A stretch of 64,000 nt of DNA from a virus, in the IMG/VR virus record IMGVR_UViG_3300027742_000009, positions 1-64,000 of that record. One strand, written 5' to 3'. This document shows, piece after piece, positions 16,562 to 26,015 of the stretch. A model generated the notes under the pieces. That model made no database searches. It was not told the DNA's origin and saw only the letters and a list, made by a program, of their open reading frames with translations. The translations under genes and the position numbers were made by a program. The stretch's first letter is position 1. Each line of letters opens with the position of its first letter.

Positions 16562-18683
16562 ATTCTTTGGGAAGAACGAAAAGAAATGGAAATGGGAGAA
16601 TTTCAAGTCAACTAAAGGATTTCCTATTCCAGACGAACTTTTAGCATGGGTTATTGGACAAGACAAGGCTTTAGAAGAATGTAGATTGTGTATTGATGAG
16701 TGGGTTCAAAAACTACTTCATCTTAAAAAGAAACAATGGTGGAAAGCTTTTGAAGACCCAGAAAAGGATAAACCGCCACCAAAAGAATGGCTTCCTAGTG
16801 GTCCTTTCTTGTTAATGATTGGTGACGCTGGAACTGGAAAAAGCCTTATAGGAAGAGCATTATCAACTTACATGACTGACTTATACAAAAGGAAAGGAAT
16901 TGAACTTAACGATGTTTTAAGTTGGAAAAACAAAGCAATGCCTTCCACCCCCAAAATAAGCATTCATCCTTCTGGTGTTGGCAAAAAAATAGTTCAGAAA
17001 CTTAGATTAAAATCTTTGAAGAAAAGTCGTTTTTCGAAATGGGGATTTAGGCTTTTGGAAGGTTTAATGATTGGGTTTGGGTCATTTGTATTAGGAGTTA
17101 CATTTTATAGTATTGGGTCAAGTTGGTTTGGCATAAATGCACAGGGTTATCCTATGCAACTTATTTATGAAGGAAATTTCATACAATATCTTATTGATTC
17201 GTTAATGGCTAATGTTATGATGATTTATTTGGGTATTGGCATATTATCTATGGGAGCAATGATATTTATTTTCAAGCATATTCTCGGTGGTCTTGGCGGA
17301 AGCAAAAAGGGTATTGGTGGAGCCGAGTCAGTAGATTCACCTAAATTGATAGTTGACAATTCAAGTGGAAATGCACCATTTATAGATGCGACTGGACATG
17401 GAAGTTCCCAATTATTTGGGTCAATTGCTTGGGACCCATACCAGACGGGTGGACTTGGAACTCCAGAACATCAACGTGTTAGTGCTGGAGACGTTCATCG
17501 GGCTCATCTTGGTGTTTTATATATAGACGAAATTAAGAATTTGAAGGGGGCAGAAGCAACAACACTTCTTACAGTCTTAGAGGACGGTCAACTTTCAATA
17601 GCACTAAGAAGTCAAATGCATGGTGGAGATACTGCCGCAATGGCTGTTTCAACTGAACCAGTTCCAGCAATGAACTTTTTTATAGCGGCTGGAAACCTTG
17701 ATAGTGTTCCACAAATACACTATGCTTTAATGGATAGGATTTATGGTTATGGAAAAGTTGTTTATATGAATAATGACATGGATAATTCAATAAAAAACAG
17801 AAGAAGATATATTCAGTTTATAAGTCAAGAAATTAAACGTTTTAATTTGCTTCCTTTCAATCGTGAAGCTTGTATAGAAGTAATTAATGAATCAAGTAGA
17901 AAAAGTGATATGACAAGTAAACTTTCAACCAAGTTTAGACCAATGATAAGCATAATAAAAACAGCTAGTATTCTTGCTCATAACGAAGGAAAAAAGATAG
18001 TTGAGGAGAAACATGTTAAAGAAGCTATAAAAGAACATTGTAAAACTATTCAGTTGCAAGTTTTAGAACAAATAACCGAAAAACGTGAAATATATAATAT
18101 TATTAATCCAGAAAGTAAGCCGATAAAAGGACAAATATATGGTATGGCAGTTTCTCATTTTGAGGGACAGAAAGGAGTAGGCATTATACTTCCAATCAAA
18201 GCTTCAGTTGAAAAACTAAGTAAAAATTCTAATGGGTATTTCCGTGTTACTGGCGTAAAAACTAAAGATGATTCATGGGTTCAAAATTCAATTAGTAAAG
18301 TAACAACTGTAATTCAGCAACGTTACAAACACAAAAAGAAACTTGGAATTCATATTGATTTTGCACAGTCAATAGGAATTGATGGTCCAAGTGCTGGTGT
18401 AGCAATGGCTTTATCTTTAATATCACTATTTGAAAAGAAAGCAATAAGACAAGATACTACTGTAACTGGAGAAATAAACATTAGTGTAGAAGACAAAATA
18501 TTAGTTACTCCGATTGGTGGAGTTAGAGAAAAAATATTAGGTGCAGAACAGTCTGGATTTAAACGAGTCTTAATTCCTAAACGAAACTATGAAGTTAACA
18601 TTAACCCGTCAGACTATAAAATAAAAGTTATTCCTTGCTTAACTCTTAAAGATTATGAAAAGGAGATTCTGGTGAAAAAGTGA
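16536..18683 (+). CDS. lonB: archaeal-type membrane-anchored Lon protease (LonB)
   Basis: Walker A GDAGTGKS; two TM helices (LMIGFGSFVLGVTFYSIG, MMIYLGIGILSMGAMIFIF) inserted before Walker B VLYIDEI; protease Ser in GIDGPSAGVAMAL and Lys in GGVREKILGA. Confidence 0.85.
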   Translation: MIRKMKKNKFFGKNEKKWKWENFKSTKGFPIPDELLAWVIGQDKALEECRLCIDEWVQKLLHLKKKQWWKAFEDPEKDKPPPKEWLPSGPFLLMIGDAGTGKSLIGRALSTYMTDLYKRKGIELNDVLSWKNKAMPSTPKISIHPSGVGKKIVQKLRLKSLKKSRFSKWGFRLLEGLMIGFGSFVLGVTFYSIGSSWFGINAQGYPMQLIYEGNFIQYLIDSLMANVMMIYLGIGILSMGAMIFIFKHILGGLGGSKKGIGGAESVDSPKLIVDNSSGNAPFIDATGHGSSQLFGSIAWDPYQTGGLGTPEHQRVSAGDVHRAHLGVLYIDEIKNLKGAEATTLLTVLEDGQLSIALRSQMHGGDTAAMAVSTEPVPAMNFFIAAGNLDSVPQIHYALMDRIYGYGKVVYMNNDMDNSIKNRRRYIQFISQEIKRFNLLPFNREACIEVINESSRKSDMTSKLSTKFRPMISIIKTASILAHNEGKKIVEEKHVKEAIKEHCKTIQLQVLEQITEKREIYNIINPESKPIKGQIYGMAVSHFEGQKGVGIILPIKASVEKLSKNSNGYFRVTGVKTKDDSWVQNSISKVTTVIQQRYKHKKKLGIHIDFAQSIGIDGPSAGVAMALSLISLFEKKAIRQDTTVTGEINISVEDKILVTPIGGVREKILGAEQSGFKRVLIPKRNYEVNINPSDYKIKVIPCLTLKDYEKEILVKK

Positions 18684-19354
18684 AAATCTATTACGACAAA
18701 GTAAAGACTAAGGAAGTCAACGATAGGATATGGGAAGTTTGGGGTAGCAGAAAAAAGAAGTGGGCTGAACATGGATATAATGTTAGTGAATGTAGTGGTT
18801 GTGAACTTAAATGTTATTGCAACAGAACTGGAATGGAACAGAAAATAACTAGAAAATCCATAGGATTCTTAGTCTTCGGCATTATTGCAGAATCAATTGT
18901 TATGGAGATTTATCCAGAAGAACAAAGACAATATGAAGCTAACTTAAACGAGATTGTTTGGGGACATATGGATGCTTATGAAGACCTTACTTATGTAATT
19001 GAAGGGAAAGCAACTGCCAAAAGAATATTCAAGGCAAAAGATTTACCAGTTGTTTGGGTAATGCAGATAATCAATTATATTACAATGAGCAATTCAAATA
19101 AGGGATGGTTGTATATATTAGATATTTTCACTCGTCAGTTCTCGGCTTTCTGTGTTGAATTAACAAGTTCTGAGAAACTACAGCAAATTGAAGAGTTAAT
19201 GGATAAAGTTTCACGTTTTGACAAAGCAATTCAAATTAAAGACCCGTCAAATCTACGGATTAACCCAGAACAATATACACTTTGTAATTACAAGAAAGAT
19301 TGTCCTAGAAGACAAGAATGTAAAGCGAAATATAAAGAGTTGAAGAAGAAATGA
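18680..19354 (+). CDS. Cas4-like PD-(D/E)XK nuclease with Cys cluster
   Basis: N-terminal cysteines (ECSGCELKCYC), GHMDAY...YVIEGK (D...ExK), MQIINY (QxxxY), and C-terminal CNYKKDCPRRQEC. Confidence 0.6.
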   Translation: MKIYYDKVKTKEVNDRIWEVWGSRKKKWAEHGYNVSECSGCELKCYCNRTGMEQKITRKSIGFLVFGIIAESIVMEIYPEEQRQYEANLNEIVWGHMDAYEDLTYVIEGKATAKRIFKAKDLPVVWVMQIINYITMSNSNKGWLYILDIFTRQFSAFCVELTSSEKLQQIEELMDKVSRFDKAIQIKDPSNLRINPEQYTLCNYKKDCPRRQECKAKYKELKKK

Positions 19355-19938
19355 GCTTCTGGAAAACGATTATTATACTTTTTCTTATAGGTATTTTAAT
19401 GGCTGTAATGTTCTATCATATGACCAAACCTAGTTATCCATTAATTGTCAATTTGTATAAATATAGATATAAACAAATGTCTGATTCAAACGCTAAAAAA
19501 CAATTAATAGATTATACAAAGTCTATAAACGACTCTATTGAAGGACTTAACTATTCAGAACTGTTAGCTTGGGAACATAGACATCTTATTTATACAAAAA
19601 GTCATTTGAATTCTCCACGACCAGAACTTCCAATCCCAATAATAGAACGAGGTAAAGGAAGATGCGGAGAATTTGCTTTATTATATACTGGTCTTTGTCT
19701 TGCCAATAATATTCCAGTTCGTCTGGTTATAGATTGTTCAGTCAAAACTGACAATCGTTCTACTGCTGACCATGTGTGGAATGAAGTATATGTAGATGGA
19801 AATTGGTTGCATGTTGACCCAACAGAAAATAAAGTTAATCAACCACATCTTTACCGAGATGGATGGCACAAGAATGTTAATTTGGTTTATGCTATTTTTT
19901 ATGAGGAAATAATTAACGTAACTGAAAAGTATAATTAG
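19351..19938 (+). CDS. membrane-anchored transglutaminase-like (Cys-His-Asp) enzyme, PNGase/cysteine-protease superfamily
   Basis: N-terminal TM IIILFLIGILMAVMF; GKGRCGEFALLYTGLCLANNIPVRLV (Cys), DHVWNEVYV (His), WLHVDPTE (Asp). Confidence 0.65.
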   Translation: MSFWKTIIILFLIGILMAVMFYHMTKPSYPLIVNLYKYRYKQMSDSNAKKQLIDYTKSINDSIEGLNYSELLAWEHRHLIYTKSHLNSPRPELPIPIIERGKGRCGEFALLYTGLCLANNIPVRLVIDCSVKTDNRSTADHVWNEVYVDGNWLHVDPTENKVNQPHLYRDGWHKNVNLVYAIFYEEIINVTEKYN

Positions 19939-20288
19939 AATGGTTCATAAATTATTGATGTTTTATTTAATGGGAAAAAGAAAACTGGTTGATTAAAAAA
20001 ACTTGTTTTCCAATGAATATAAATTGTTGTTACATTAAAGGTTTCAGCTAACAAAATAAAATCTGTAAATTTTCCACATGAAATCCACAAATTTCCTATA
20101 ATATAAGATTGTTCCACATTAAATCCACGCTTTTCAAGAATTTCAGTAAGTCCATCAGTCACATCATATATGTAATCCTGAAGTTTTTGTTCACCCAAAA
20201 CTCTTGTTCGACTAAAAAAAATAGTTCCCACTAACATACCTACTATAAAAACAAAAATAAATATTAAAGCAAATATTATTTTTCTCAT
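19935..20288 (-). CDS. membrane-anchored hypothetical protein
   Basis: N-terminal TM IIFALIFIFVFIVGMLVGTIFF; convergent with and overlapping 19351-19938. Confidence 0.45.
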   Translation of the reverse strand: MRKIIFALIFIFVFIVGMLVGTIFFSRTRVLGEQKLQDYIYDVTDGLTEILEKRGFNVEQSYIIGNLWISCGKFTDFILLAETFNVTTIYIHWKTSFFNQPVFFFPLNKTSIIYEPF

Positions 20289-20290
20289 TT

Positions 20291-20506
20291 TTAATCTTCC
20301 AAGACAGTTTTAAGCATATCTATGAATTCTTCGCCAGACAATTCTTTTATTACATCTTTTTCTCTTTCCAAAACATTATTTAAAAGTTCAATTCTTTGTT
20401 TTGCTTTCATTTGTTTCTTTTCTATCCAAGCCCTATAAATAGTTACTAGAAACATTCCAACTACAACAGCCAGATTTAAAACGTAAATATCAAATAGACT
20501 AACCAT
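20291..20506 (-). CDS. small single-TM protein
   Basis: 71 aa; TM NLAVVVGMFLVTIY followed by a charged helix. Confidence 0.45.
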   Translation of the reverse strand: MVSLFDIYVLNLAVVVGMFLVTIYRAWIEKKQMKAKQRIELLNNVLEREKDVIKELSGEEFIDMLKTVLED

Positions 20507-20666
20507 TATGGTCTAGCTCCGCATATATTTCATTAAATAATTTGTGAAATTCACATCGGAAACACTCATCAATATCTTTTTTACCATGTTTCTCTTCACA
20601 ATGTTTGCACCATTCAGTATGTATCTTCTTAATCTTTTCATATGCTCCCAAACCAAACAACACCAT
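20499..20666 (-). CDS. small Cys-rich protein (55 aa, below ORF-track cutoff)
   Basis: Hand translation MVLFGLGAYEKIKKIHTEWCKHCEEKHGKKDIDECFRCEFHKLF...; overlaps the start of the next gene. Confidence 0.35.
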   Translation of the reverse strand: MVLFGLGAYEKIKKIHTEWCKHCEEKHGKKDIDECFRCEFHKLFNEIYAELDHNG

Positions 20667-20696
20667 TAACTATAATTACTTCGTGCCTAATAAACC

Positions 20697-22370
20697 TTAC
20701 CATTTTATACCATATAACTCATCAATACTTAACTCTTTCTTTTTCTTGTCTTTAGGCAATTTTTTAAGAAACTCATCCAATATGTTTCCGCCTTCTTCAA
20801 CTCTATAATCAACCATTCCATATTGACAACTATCCAGAGAATGGTCATCAATCTTACGAATTTTTCCTTTTCTCCAACAAGCCTTACGTAATGACTGAGT
20901 TAAATACCAAAACTTTTTTGGAATAACAATCTTATGTTTCTCCACGAAGTTTATGATATTATAAATTCTCGCAAGCTTTTCCGATTCTGGAATAATATAA
21001 ACTGAATATCCCTTGTCTTCCATTTTCTCGTTCAAGTGTTTACCCGCTACTGCTGGGTCTGGAATGAAAGTCCATGTCTTCCATTTCTGCATACTATCAT
21101 GTATCCAACTAATCTTTTCTTCTTCCCTCAACCCTAACTGTTCATCATTAAACAATACAAAAACAGTATCTTCTTTACGACCAAAAACAGTTAATGCACA
21201 AGGAGCTTCTGATACTCCATAATCAAATCCAGCACGTCTTTCCAGAATATATTTTGTTGGGTCTTCTGGAGTTCCCAACTTTAACAATTTAACTAATGGA
21301 CATTTATTTGTGTATGGTTCACATTCGTCACAAAGGTCACAAATAACAACGTCTAAATCATCCTTTTTAAACACGGCTCCACTAGCCATACTTGCTCCGC
21401 CTAAAGCCATTGACAACCATTCCTCATCACCTTTTGTTTTACGTTTCTTACTTATTTCTTCTTGTGTCATCCACCAAACATTAGGAAGCCAATGTAACGG
21501 GTCTTTATCCAAATAAGTTTCTATAGGTTTCTTCCCACTAATATGTTTTGCAATTGCCCATTGATAAGTAGTAAAACCATACTTCTTAGGGTTCTTCATA
21601 TATTCATAGAACATTCCAAAAATATAATCAGCCGTTGAAGTAAGAATAAGTCGCCCAACTCTTTTCCCAGTTAACTGCCACATAACAGATTTAACTGCTT
21701 TAGCTCCATCCTCACTCTTGTCTTCTGCGGCACATGCCTCGTCTATATCAACTTCGTTAACGTGTGGTCCCTTACTAGACAACATGCTACAAGCGGGAAA
21801 TCTACATTTACTTCTTCCCAAAGTATAACAAGCCTTTTTAATTCCATGAAGACTTTTATAAATAATTTTTCCAAGCATCGGAATATCCATTCTCCAATCA
21901 TCAATATATTCTTGAATAAGTTCACTCTGTTGACTACTTCCACCCATACAAGTAATTGAATAACGGTCTTGAGTTGAAATCTGCCAACAATTCCATATAC
22001 CTAAACAAAATGTTTTTCCCGCACCACGACCAGCCGCTAAAAGAATCAGTTTGGATTTTTCTTTCCACAGTTCATACAAAAATGTTTTTTGGTCTGAAGA
22101 CAAAACAATATGGTACGGTGTACCATTCACTCTAAACTTTGGATGTTTCTTTTGGCATCCTTCACACCATACTTCTGGGTTATTATCTGGCTTAAAATCT
22201 GGATGTGACGGAACATCTTGTGGACACGTTAATACTTCCTCTGCAAATCGTATTGGTCCAGCTTCACGCCAATATTTCTGCCAAGATTCAACTTCAAGTT
22301 CTTTATGTTTCTTATCTTTTTCACTCTTCAAGAGTTTACCAATAGACTCAAACGTTCTTGAAGAAGGCAT
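20697..22370 (-). CDS. terL: terminase large subunit
   Basis: Walker A LLAAGRGAGKTF, Walker B VDIDEA, C-terminal RNaseH-like nuclease segment GFDYGVSEAPCALTVFG; 557 aa. Confidence 0.85.
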   Translation of the reverse strand: MPSSRTFESIGKLLKSEKDKKHKELEVESWQKYWREAGPIRFAEEVLTCPQDVPSHPDFKPDNNPEVWCEGCQKKHPKFRVNGTPYHIVLSSDQKTFLYELWKEKSKLILLAAGRGAGKTFCLGIWNCWQISTQDRYSITCMGGSSQQSELIQEYIDDWRMDIPMLGKIIYKSLHGIKKACYTLGRSKCRFPACSMLSSKGPHVNEVDIDEACAAEDKSEDGAKAVKSVMWQLTGKRVGRLILTSTADYIFGMFYEYMKNPKKYGFTTYQWAIAKHISGKKPIETYLDKDPLHWLPNVWWMTQEEISKKRKTKGDEEWLSMALGGASMASGAVFKKDDLDVVICDLCDECEPYTNKCPLVKLLKLGTPEDPTKYILERRAGFDYGVSEAPCALTVFGRKEDTVFVLFNDEQLGLREEEKISWIHDSMQKWKTWTFIPDPAVAGKHLNEKMEDKGYSVYIIPESEKLARIYNIINFVEKHKIVIPKKFWYLTQSLRKACWRKGKIRKIDDHSLDSCQYGMVDYRVEEGGNILDEFLKKLPKDKKKKELSIDELYGIKW

Positions 22371-22372
22371 AG

Positions 22373-22741
22373 TTAATCTTCCACGCCAGCCTTCAATTTA
22401 CGAATTAAATATTCAAGTCGTTTTTCTTCTTTAACTAAGAAAGTAAGAGCCAACCGATTCTCTTTCAAAGACATTTTTTCAGCACCTAAAAGTTGCTTTC
22501 TAGTTTCTATAGTTTTAACAATAGCCATCCAACGCTTAATTTCTTTTGGTTTACATCCTTCAAGAATTTTTTGTGCTTCCGCTAACTTTTCATCTAACTC
22601 TCTTAATCTCCCAATAAGCTTATTGTTTTTCTCAACAATAACATCAACAGTCTCTAACCTAGATTCTCTCACATGATACAATTTCTTCATTAACCCTTTA
22701 AGTTTTTCTAATTCCAATTCTTTTTCACTCATACTAAACAC
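22373..22741 (-). CDS. coiled-coil protein, candidate small terminase subunit
   Basis: 122 aa, helical, immediately upstream of terL. The call rests on position only. Confidence 0.3.
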   Translation of the reverse strand: MFSMSEKELELEKLKGLMKKLYHVRESRLETVDVIVEKNNKLIGRLRELDEKLAEAQKILEGCKPKEIKRWMAIVKTIETRKQLLGAEKMSLKENRLALTFLVKEEKRLEYLIRKLKAGVED

Positions 22742-22770
22742 CTTTTATTTTTAAAAAAAGAAAGGTTGTT

Positions 22771-23196
22771 TTATGGTCTTGGTCTGCGAGACCTTATGGT
22801 TTGAGTTGCTCTGTATATGTCTCTAACTGAAGTTGGTATTGGTTGTCCATACTCCTTGCAAACTTCAACTGCTTTATTCACATCAATTGGATATTCCTCT
22901 ACTTTTCTTCCAACATCAAAAGTTATTGGTCCACAAGCCGTTTTATGAAGGGCACAAGCCCAAAATAGCTTTCCATTCAAACATCTCAGCCAAGTATGAT
23001 TGCTTCCACATTCAGGTCCAGTTCCACCTTCCTTTTGTCTGCATGGCATTGTATCAGCAAAGAAATCCCATTCTTGACAGTAAATCACACCGTCTCTAAC
23101 CACTATTTTCTTTATTGTAAGTTCTCTTTTCCAGCCTTCACCAGTCATTTGACTTTCTTCATTTTTCAAAGTTTCAATTTCATCTTTTGTTGACAT
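22771..23196 (-). CDS. Cys-rich hypothetical protein
   Basis: 141 aa with 8 cysteines (YCQEW..PCRQ..PECGS..LRCLN..WACALHKTACG). Confidence 0.45.
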   Translation of the reverse strand: MSTKDEIETLKNEESQMTGEGWKRELTIKKIVVRDGVIYCQEWDFFADTMPCRQKEGGTGPECGSNHTWLRCLNGKLFWACALHKTACGPITFDVGRKVEEYPIDVNKAVEVCKEYGQPIPTSVRDIYRATQTIRSRRPRP

Positions 23197-23197
23197 T

Positions 23198-24034
23198 TTA
23201 CCATTCTCCCTCTTCGCCTTGACTTCTCATTTTCTCTTGAAGGTCATGTCCACAATGAGGACACTTATCTGGAGTTCCAACAATTACATTATGACAATGC
23301 GGACAGAAAGTAACTTTTTGATTTGGCATACGCTGTTCATTCTTTCTCAACTGCATCCAAGCTTTACCACCAATCAAAGCCTTAAACAAACCATCAATTT
23401 TCTTCAAAGCTTTCCTTCGTTCCTGAACTGTAACTTCTCCATCCCTCGCATAATAAGCCTTATAATAAAGGTCTGAAATCAAAGCTTCTGGACTATCATA
23501 TTCTTCTGAACCAGCCTTTCTAGTTACTGGTGAAGTAATAGTTGCTTTCCCAGTTGGCGGTGTTTTCTTTTCTGGTTCCAATTTCTCTGGAGCTTTCGGA
23601 GCCAACATATTAACTAAAGACTTAACCATTTCCAATTTTTCTGGAGTAGTAAGTCTCTCTTCAATATCAGCCATTTGTTCATCAGTCAATTTACGTTCTT
23701 TAGCAAATTCTAAAAGAGATTTCTTTTCTTTTTCAAAAGATTCTAACGCTTGCTTCTCAAGTATAGCTTGTTTCTCTGCTAGTTCTTCTTCAATCTTTAA
23801 TTTTTCATCTGCCAACTTCTGTTCTTTCTCTTCACGTTCTACCTTTTCTCTTTCAAGCTTTGCTTCCAACTCAGCCTTTTCCTTTTGAAGTTCATCAATT
23901 TCTTTTTGTCTTGAAACATTTATCTGAATTTTCCTAGTTTTCTTCTCTTTAACTTCAACTTCTTCCTCTTCATCAGTTCCTTTAGCATCAACCTTAGGGT
24001 CTTCTTTCTTATCTTTTTCACTCAATTTAATCAC
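23198..24034 (-). CDS. Glu/Lys-rich coiled-coil protein with C-terminal zinc ribbon (scaffold candidate)
   Basis: Long EK-rich heptad-like region; CPHCHNVIVGTPDKCPHCGH at the C-terminus; divergent from the capsid gene. Confidence 0.35.
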   Translation of the reverse strand: MIKLSEKDKKEDPKVDAKGTDEEEEVEVKEKKTRKIQINVSRQKEIDELQKEKAELEAKLEREKVEREEKEQKLADEKLKIEEELAEKQAILEKQALESFEKEKKSLLEFAKERKLTDEQMADIEERLTTPEKLEMVKSLVNMLAPKAPEKLEPEKKTPPTGKATITSPVTRKAGSEEYDSPEALISDLYYKAYYARDGEVTVQERRKALKKIDGLFKALIGGKAWMQLRKNEQRMPNQKVTFCPHCHNVIVGTPDKCPHCGHDLQEKMRSQGEEGEW

Positions 24035-24107
24035 TAACTTATAAGAAAGTAAACAGAGACATATAAAGAAGCGTTAAACAATATCTCATTTAATATTCTC
24101 ATAAAGG

Positions 24108-24115
24108 ATATATAT
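24108..24115 (+). promoter_or_regulatory. TATA-like box upstream of the capsid gene
   Basis: AAAGGATATATATAG lies about 35 nt upstream of ATG 24150. Confidence 0.35.
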
Positions 24116-24149
24116 AGTGAACAACAATTTAATGTTAGAGTGAAATAAA

Positions 24150-25157
24150 ATGGGAATTACATTTGAAGAGACTGTATATGGCTTTCAAACAAGCGACCTT
24201 CTTGAAGCGGCTACTACTGACACTAAAGACAGACTTTCTGGTGGATGTGCTTATGCGGCTTGCGACTTAATTCCAGTATTACTCTGGAAAGAAGTCAATC
24301 TTGGAGCTACTTGGAAATTCGTTTTCCGTAATGCTGTTGAAGAAACTGACATGTTGATAGGTGTGGACGGAAATAGTATTTGTGTTCCATATCTTGACCG
24401 TGACGAGTTTACTGCTTTGACAGCTTCAGAAGACACAATAAAAACAGATGGTTATACTAAAGCAAAACTTGCTCCGAAGTCTGCATGTCTATCAATTGGC
24501 GATGTGGTTTATGTAGCAACTTACATAACAGACATCTTGCGTGAAGATTCTCCAAGCCTTCAATGGGTGAGGGTTAACCTTCAGAAGATGGGTCAAGCAG
24601 TAGCTAAAAAGATAGATGAAGACATCCGAGATTGTTTGCGAAGTGCTTGCACCGTTGTTAACGGAAACGTTAACGCCGCAACAACTGCTGGAACATTAGA
24701 TTATGATGACGTTGTAGATGCAGTTGCACACTTGAAAGGACTAGGTTACTGGGGTAAAGATGATGGTCCAATGTTACTATTCATTAACGTTGACCAAGAA
24801 GCAGATTTGGTAAAGGACACACGATTTACAGATACAGCAAGATACACAACTGCGGATATTCCATTGGGAGCTGGTGTGGGTGGATTTAACATGCCAGAAC
24901 GTGGAAGATTTGCAAGTTGCCGTGTATTCGTAACTGATTTGGCAATGACAGATGCTAGCGGAAGTACAGCTTACGCATTAGTAGTTGCACCGCCAACCAA
25001 TCCATATGGTCCAGCGGCAATGCTAGCGTGGAAGCGTCACATAAGACAGAGAACAGAACGAAGAGAGCAATATGAGAAAGACATGTTTGCTATAAGCACT
25101 AGATATGGTGTAATGGTTAAATTTGCCGATGCCATAAAGCTCATCTCAGACTGCTAG
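24150..25157 (+). CDS. major capsid protein candidate (HK97 fold)
   Basis: 335 aa, own promoter and a T7 terminator, followed by connector-like genes. Composition and length are typical; no sharp motif, so the call is positional and compositional. Confidence 0.55.
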   Translation: MGITFEETVYGFQTSDLLEAATTDTKDRLSGGCAYAACDLIPVLLWKEVNLGATWKFVFRNAVEETDMLIGVDGNSICVPYLDRDEFTALTASEDTIKTDGYTKAKLAPKSACLSIGDVVYVATYITDILREDSPSLQWVRVNLQKMGQAVAKKIDEDIRDCLRSACTVVNGNVNAATTAGTLDYDDVVDAVAHLKGLGYWGKDDGPMLLFINVDQEADLVKDTRFTDTARYTTADIPLGAGVGGFNMPERGRFASCRVFVTDLAMTDASGSTAYALVVAPPTNPYGPAAMLAWKRHIRQRTERREQYEKDMFAISTRYGVMVKFADAIKLISDC

Positions 25158-25203
25158 TCTAAAGTCTCTAATATCCAATATTCTTTCTTTGATATAGCGT
25201 AGC

Positions 25204-25210
25204 TTTTTTT
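25204..25210 (+). terminator. oligo-T (T7) archaeal-type terminator after the capsid gene
   Basis: GCTTTTTTTG lies 47 nt after the stop of 24150-25157, within a 118-nt gap. Confidence 0.4.
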
Positions 25211-25275
25211 GTAGATAGTTACGCTTATTCAAAACAAAATGAATAAACTTTTAAAATAGTTTATCTATTAATCTA

Positions 25276-26013
25276 TTGGTGAATATAATGTCATATTGTC
25301 AAAGTTCAGATGTTCTTGATGTTACGGGTTTAGATTATGCTCGTATTATAGAACTTAGTGATAGGCTTGCAACTCAAGCTCAAGTGGACACTTTAATTAA
25401 TGATTACATAGCGAAGGCTACCCGTGAAATACGGAAACAATTGGGTATTCCAATCCCAGTTCATTGTGAACTTCACGAAGTAGATAAAAACTTAGCAAAT
25501 TATACAAGTAGGGTTTACTTGGGCAATTTTGATGCGTCTTATTGTGATTATGATGAAATGATAGATACTTTTGACGTTCAAGGAATGGTTCAAGCCATTT
25601 TACGTGTTTATATAGGTGGAGTAAGACGTAAACGAACTGATACTACTTATCCTTGGAGTTGGCTTGGAGTTGGAGCAACATCTGGTTATATTACTTTTAC
25701 TAATGCTAACTTAGTTGATGGAGACCTTGTTCAAATAACATATACTTATGACCCTTATGCAATTACTGGAGCAACTGGAGTTCCAGTTAACATTGAAGAA
25801 GCAACTGCTTGTTTGGCTGGAATTAAACTGTTAGATATGTTAATTGGTATTAGAGTAGTAGATACTGACATGGATGCTCAATCAGAAAGTGGAGTTACAG
25901 ACCCAACAAAAGACAAATTGATTAGTAATAGAAGTCAACTTAAACAACGTTATAGAGACGCTTTAGCCTCAGAAGGCTATGGATTCAACTTTGTTCCGAT
26001 GCGTGGTGGATAG
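25276..26013 (+). CDS. head-tail connector/adaptor-like protein (gp6-like N-terminus)
   Basis: N-terminus SSDVLDVTGLD...QAQVDTLINDYIAKATREIRKQLG resembles gp6-type head-tail connectors; lies after the capsid gene. Confidence 0.35.
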   Translation: MVNIMSYCQSSDVLDVTGLDYARIIELSDRLATQAQVDTLINDYIAKATREIRKQLGIPIPVHCELHEVDKNLANYTSRVYLGNFDASYCDYDEMIDTFDVQGMVQAILRVYIGGVRRKRTDTTYPWSWLGVGATSGYITFTNANLVDGDLVQITYTYDPYAITGATGVPVNIEEATACLAGIKLLDMLIGIRVVDTDMDAQSESGVTDPTKDKLISNRSQLKQRYRDALASEGYGFNFVPMRGG

Positions 26014-26015
26014 TC

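Noticed and set aside
22373-22741. Confident call of a small terminase subunit
   Set aside because: Only position (immediately upstream of terL) and a coiled-coil character support it. No HTH or known TerS motif was recognised, so it is listed with low confidence.
25190-25235. Stem-loop AGCGTA...TACGCT after the capsid gene as an intrinsic terminator hairpin
   Set aside because: It has only a 6-bp stem with a loop of about 20 nt. The T7 run alone is a sufficient archaeal-type termination signal, so only the oligo-T was annotated.
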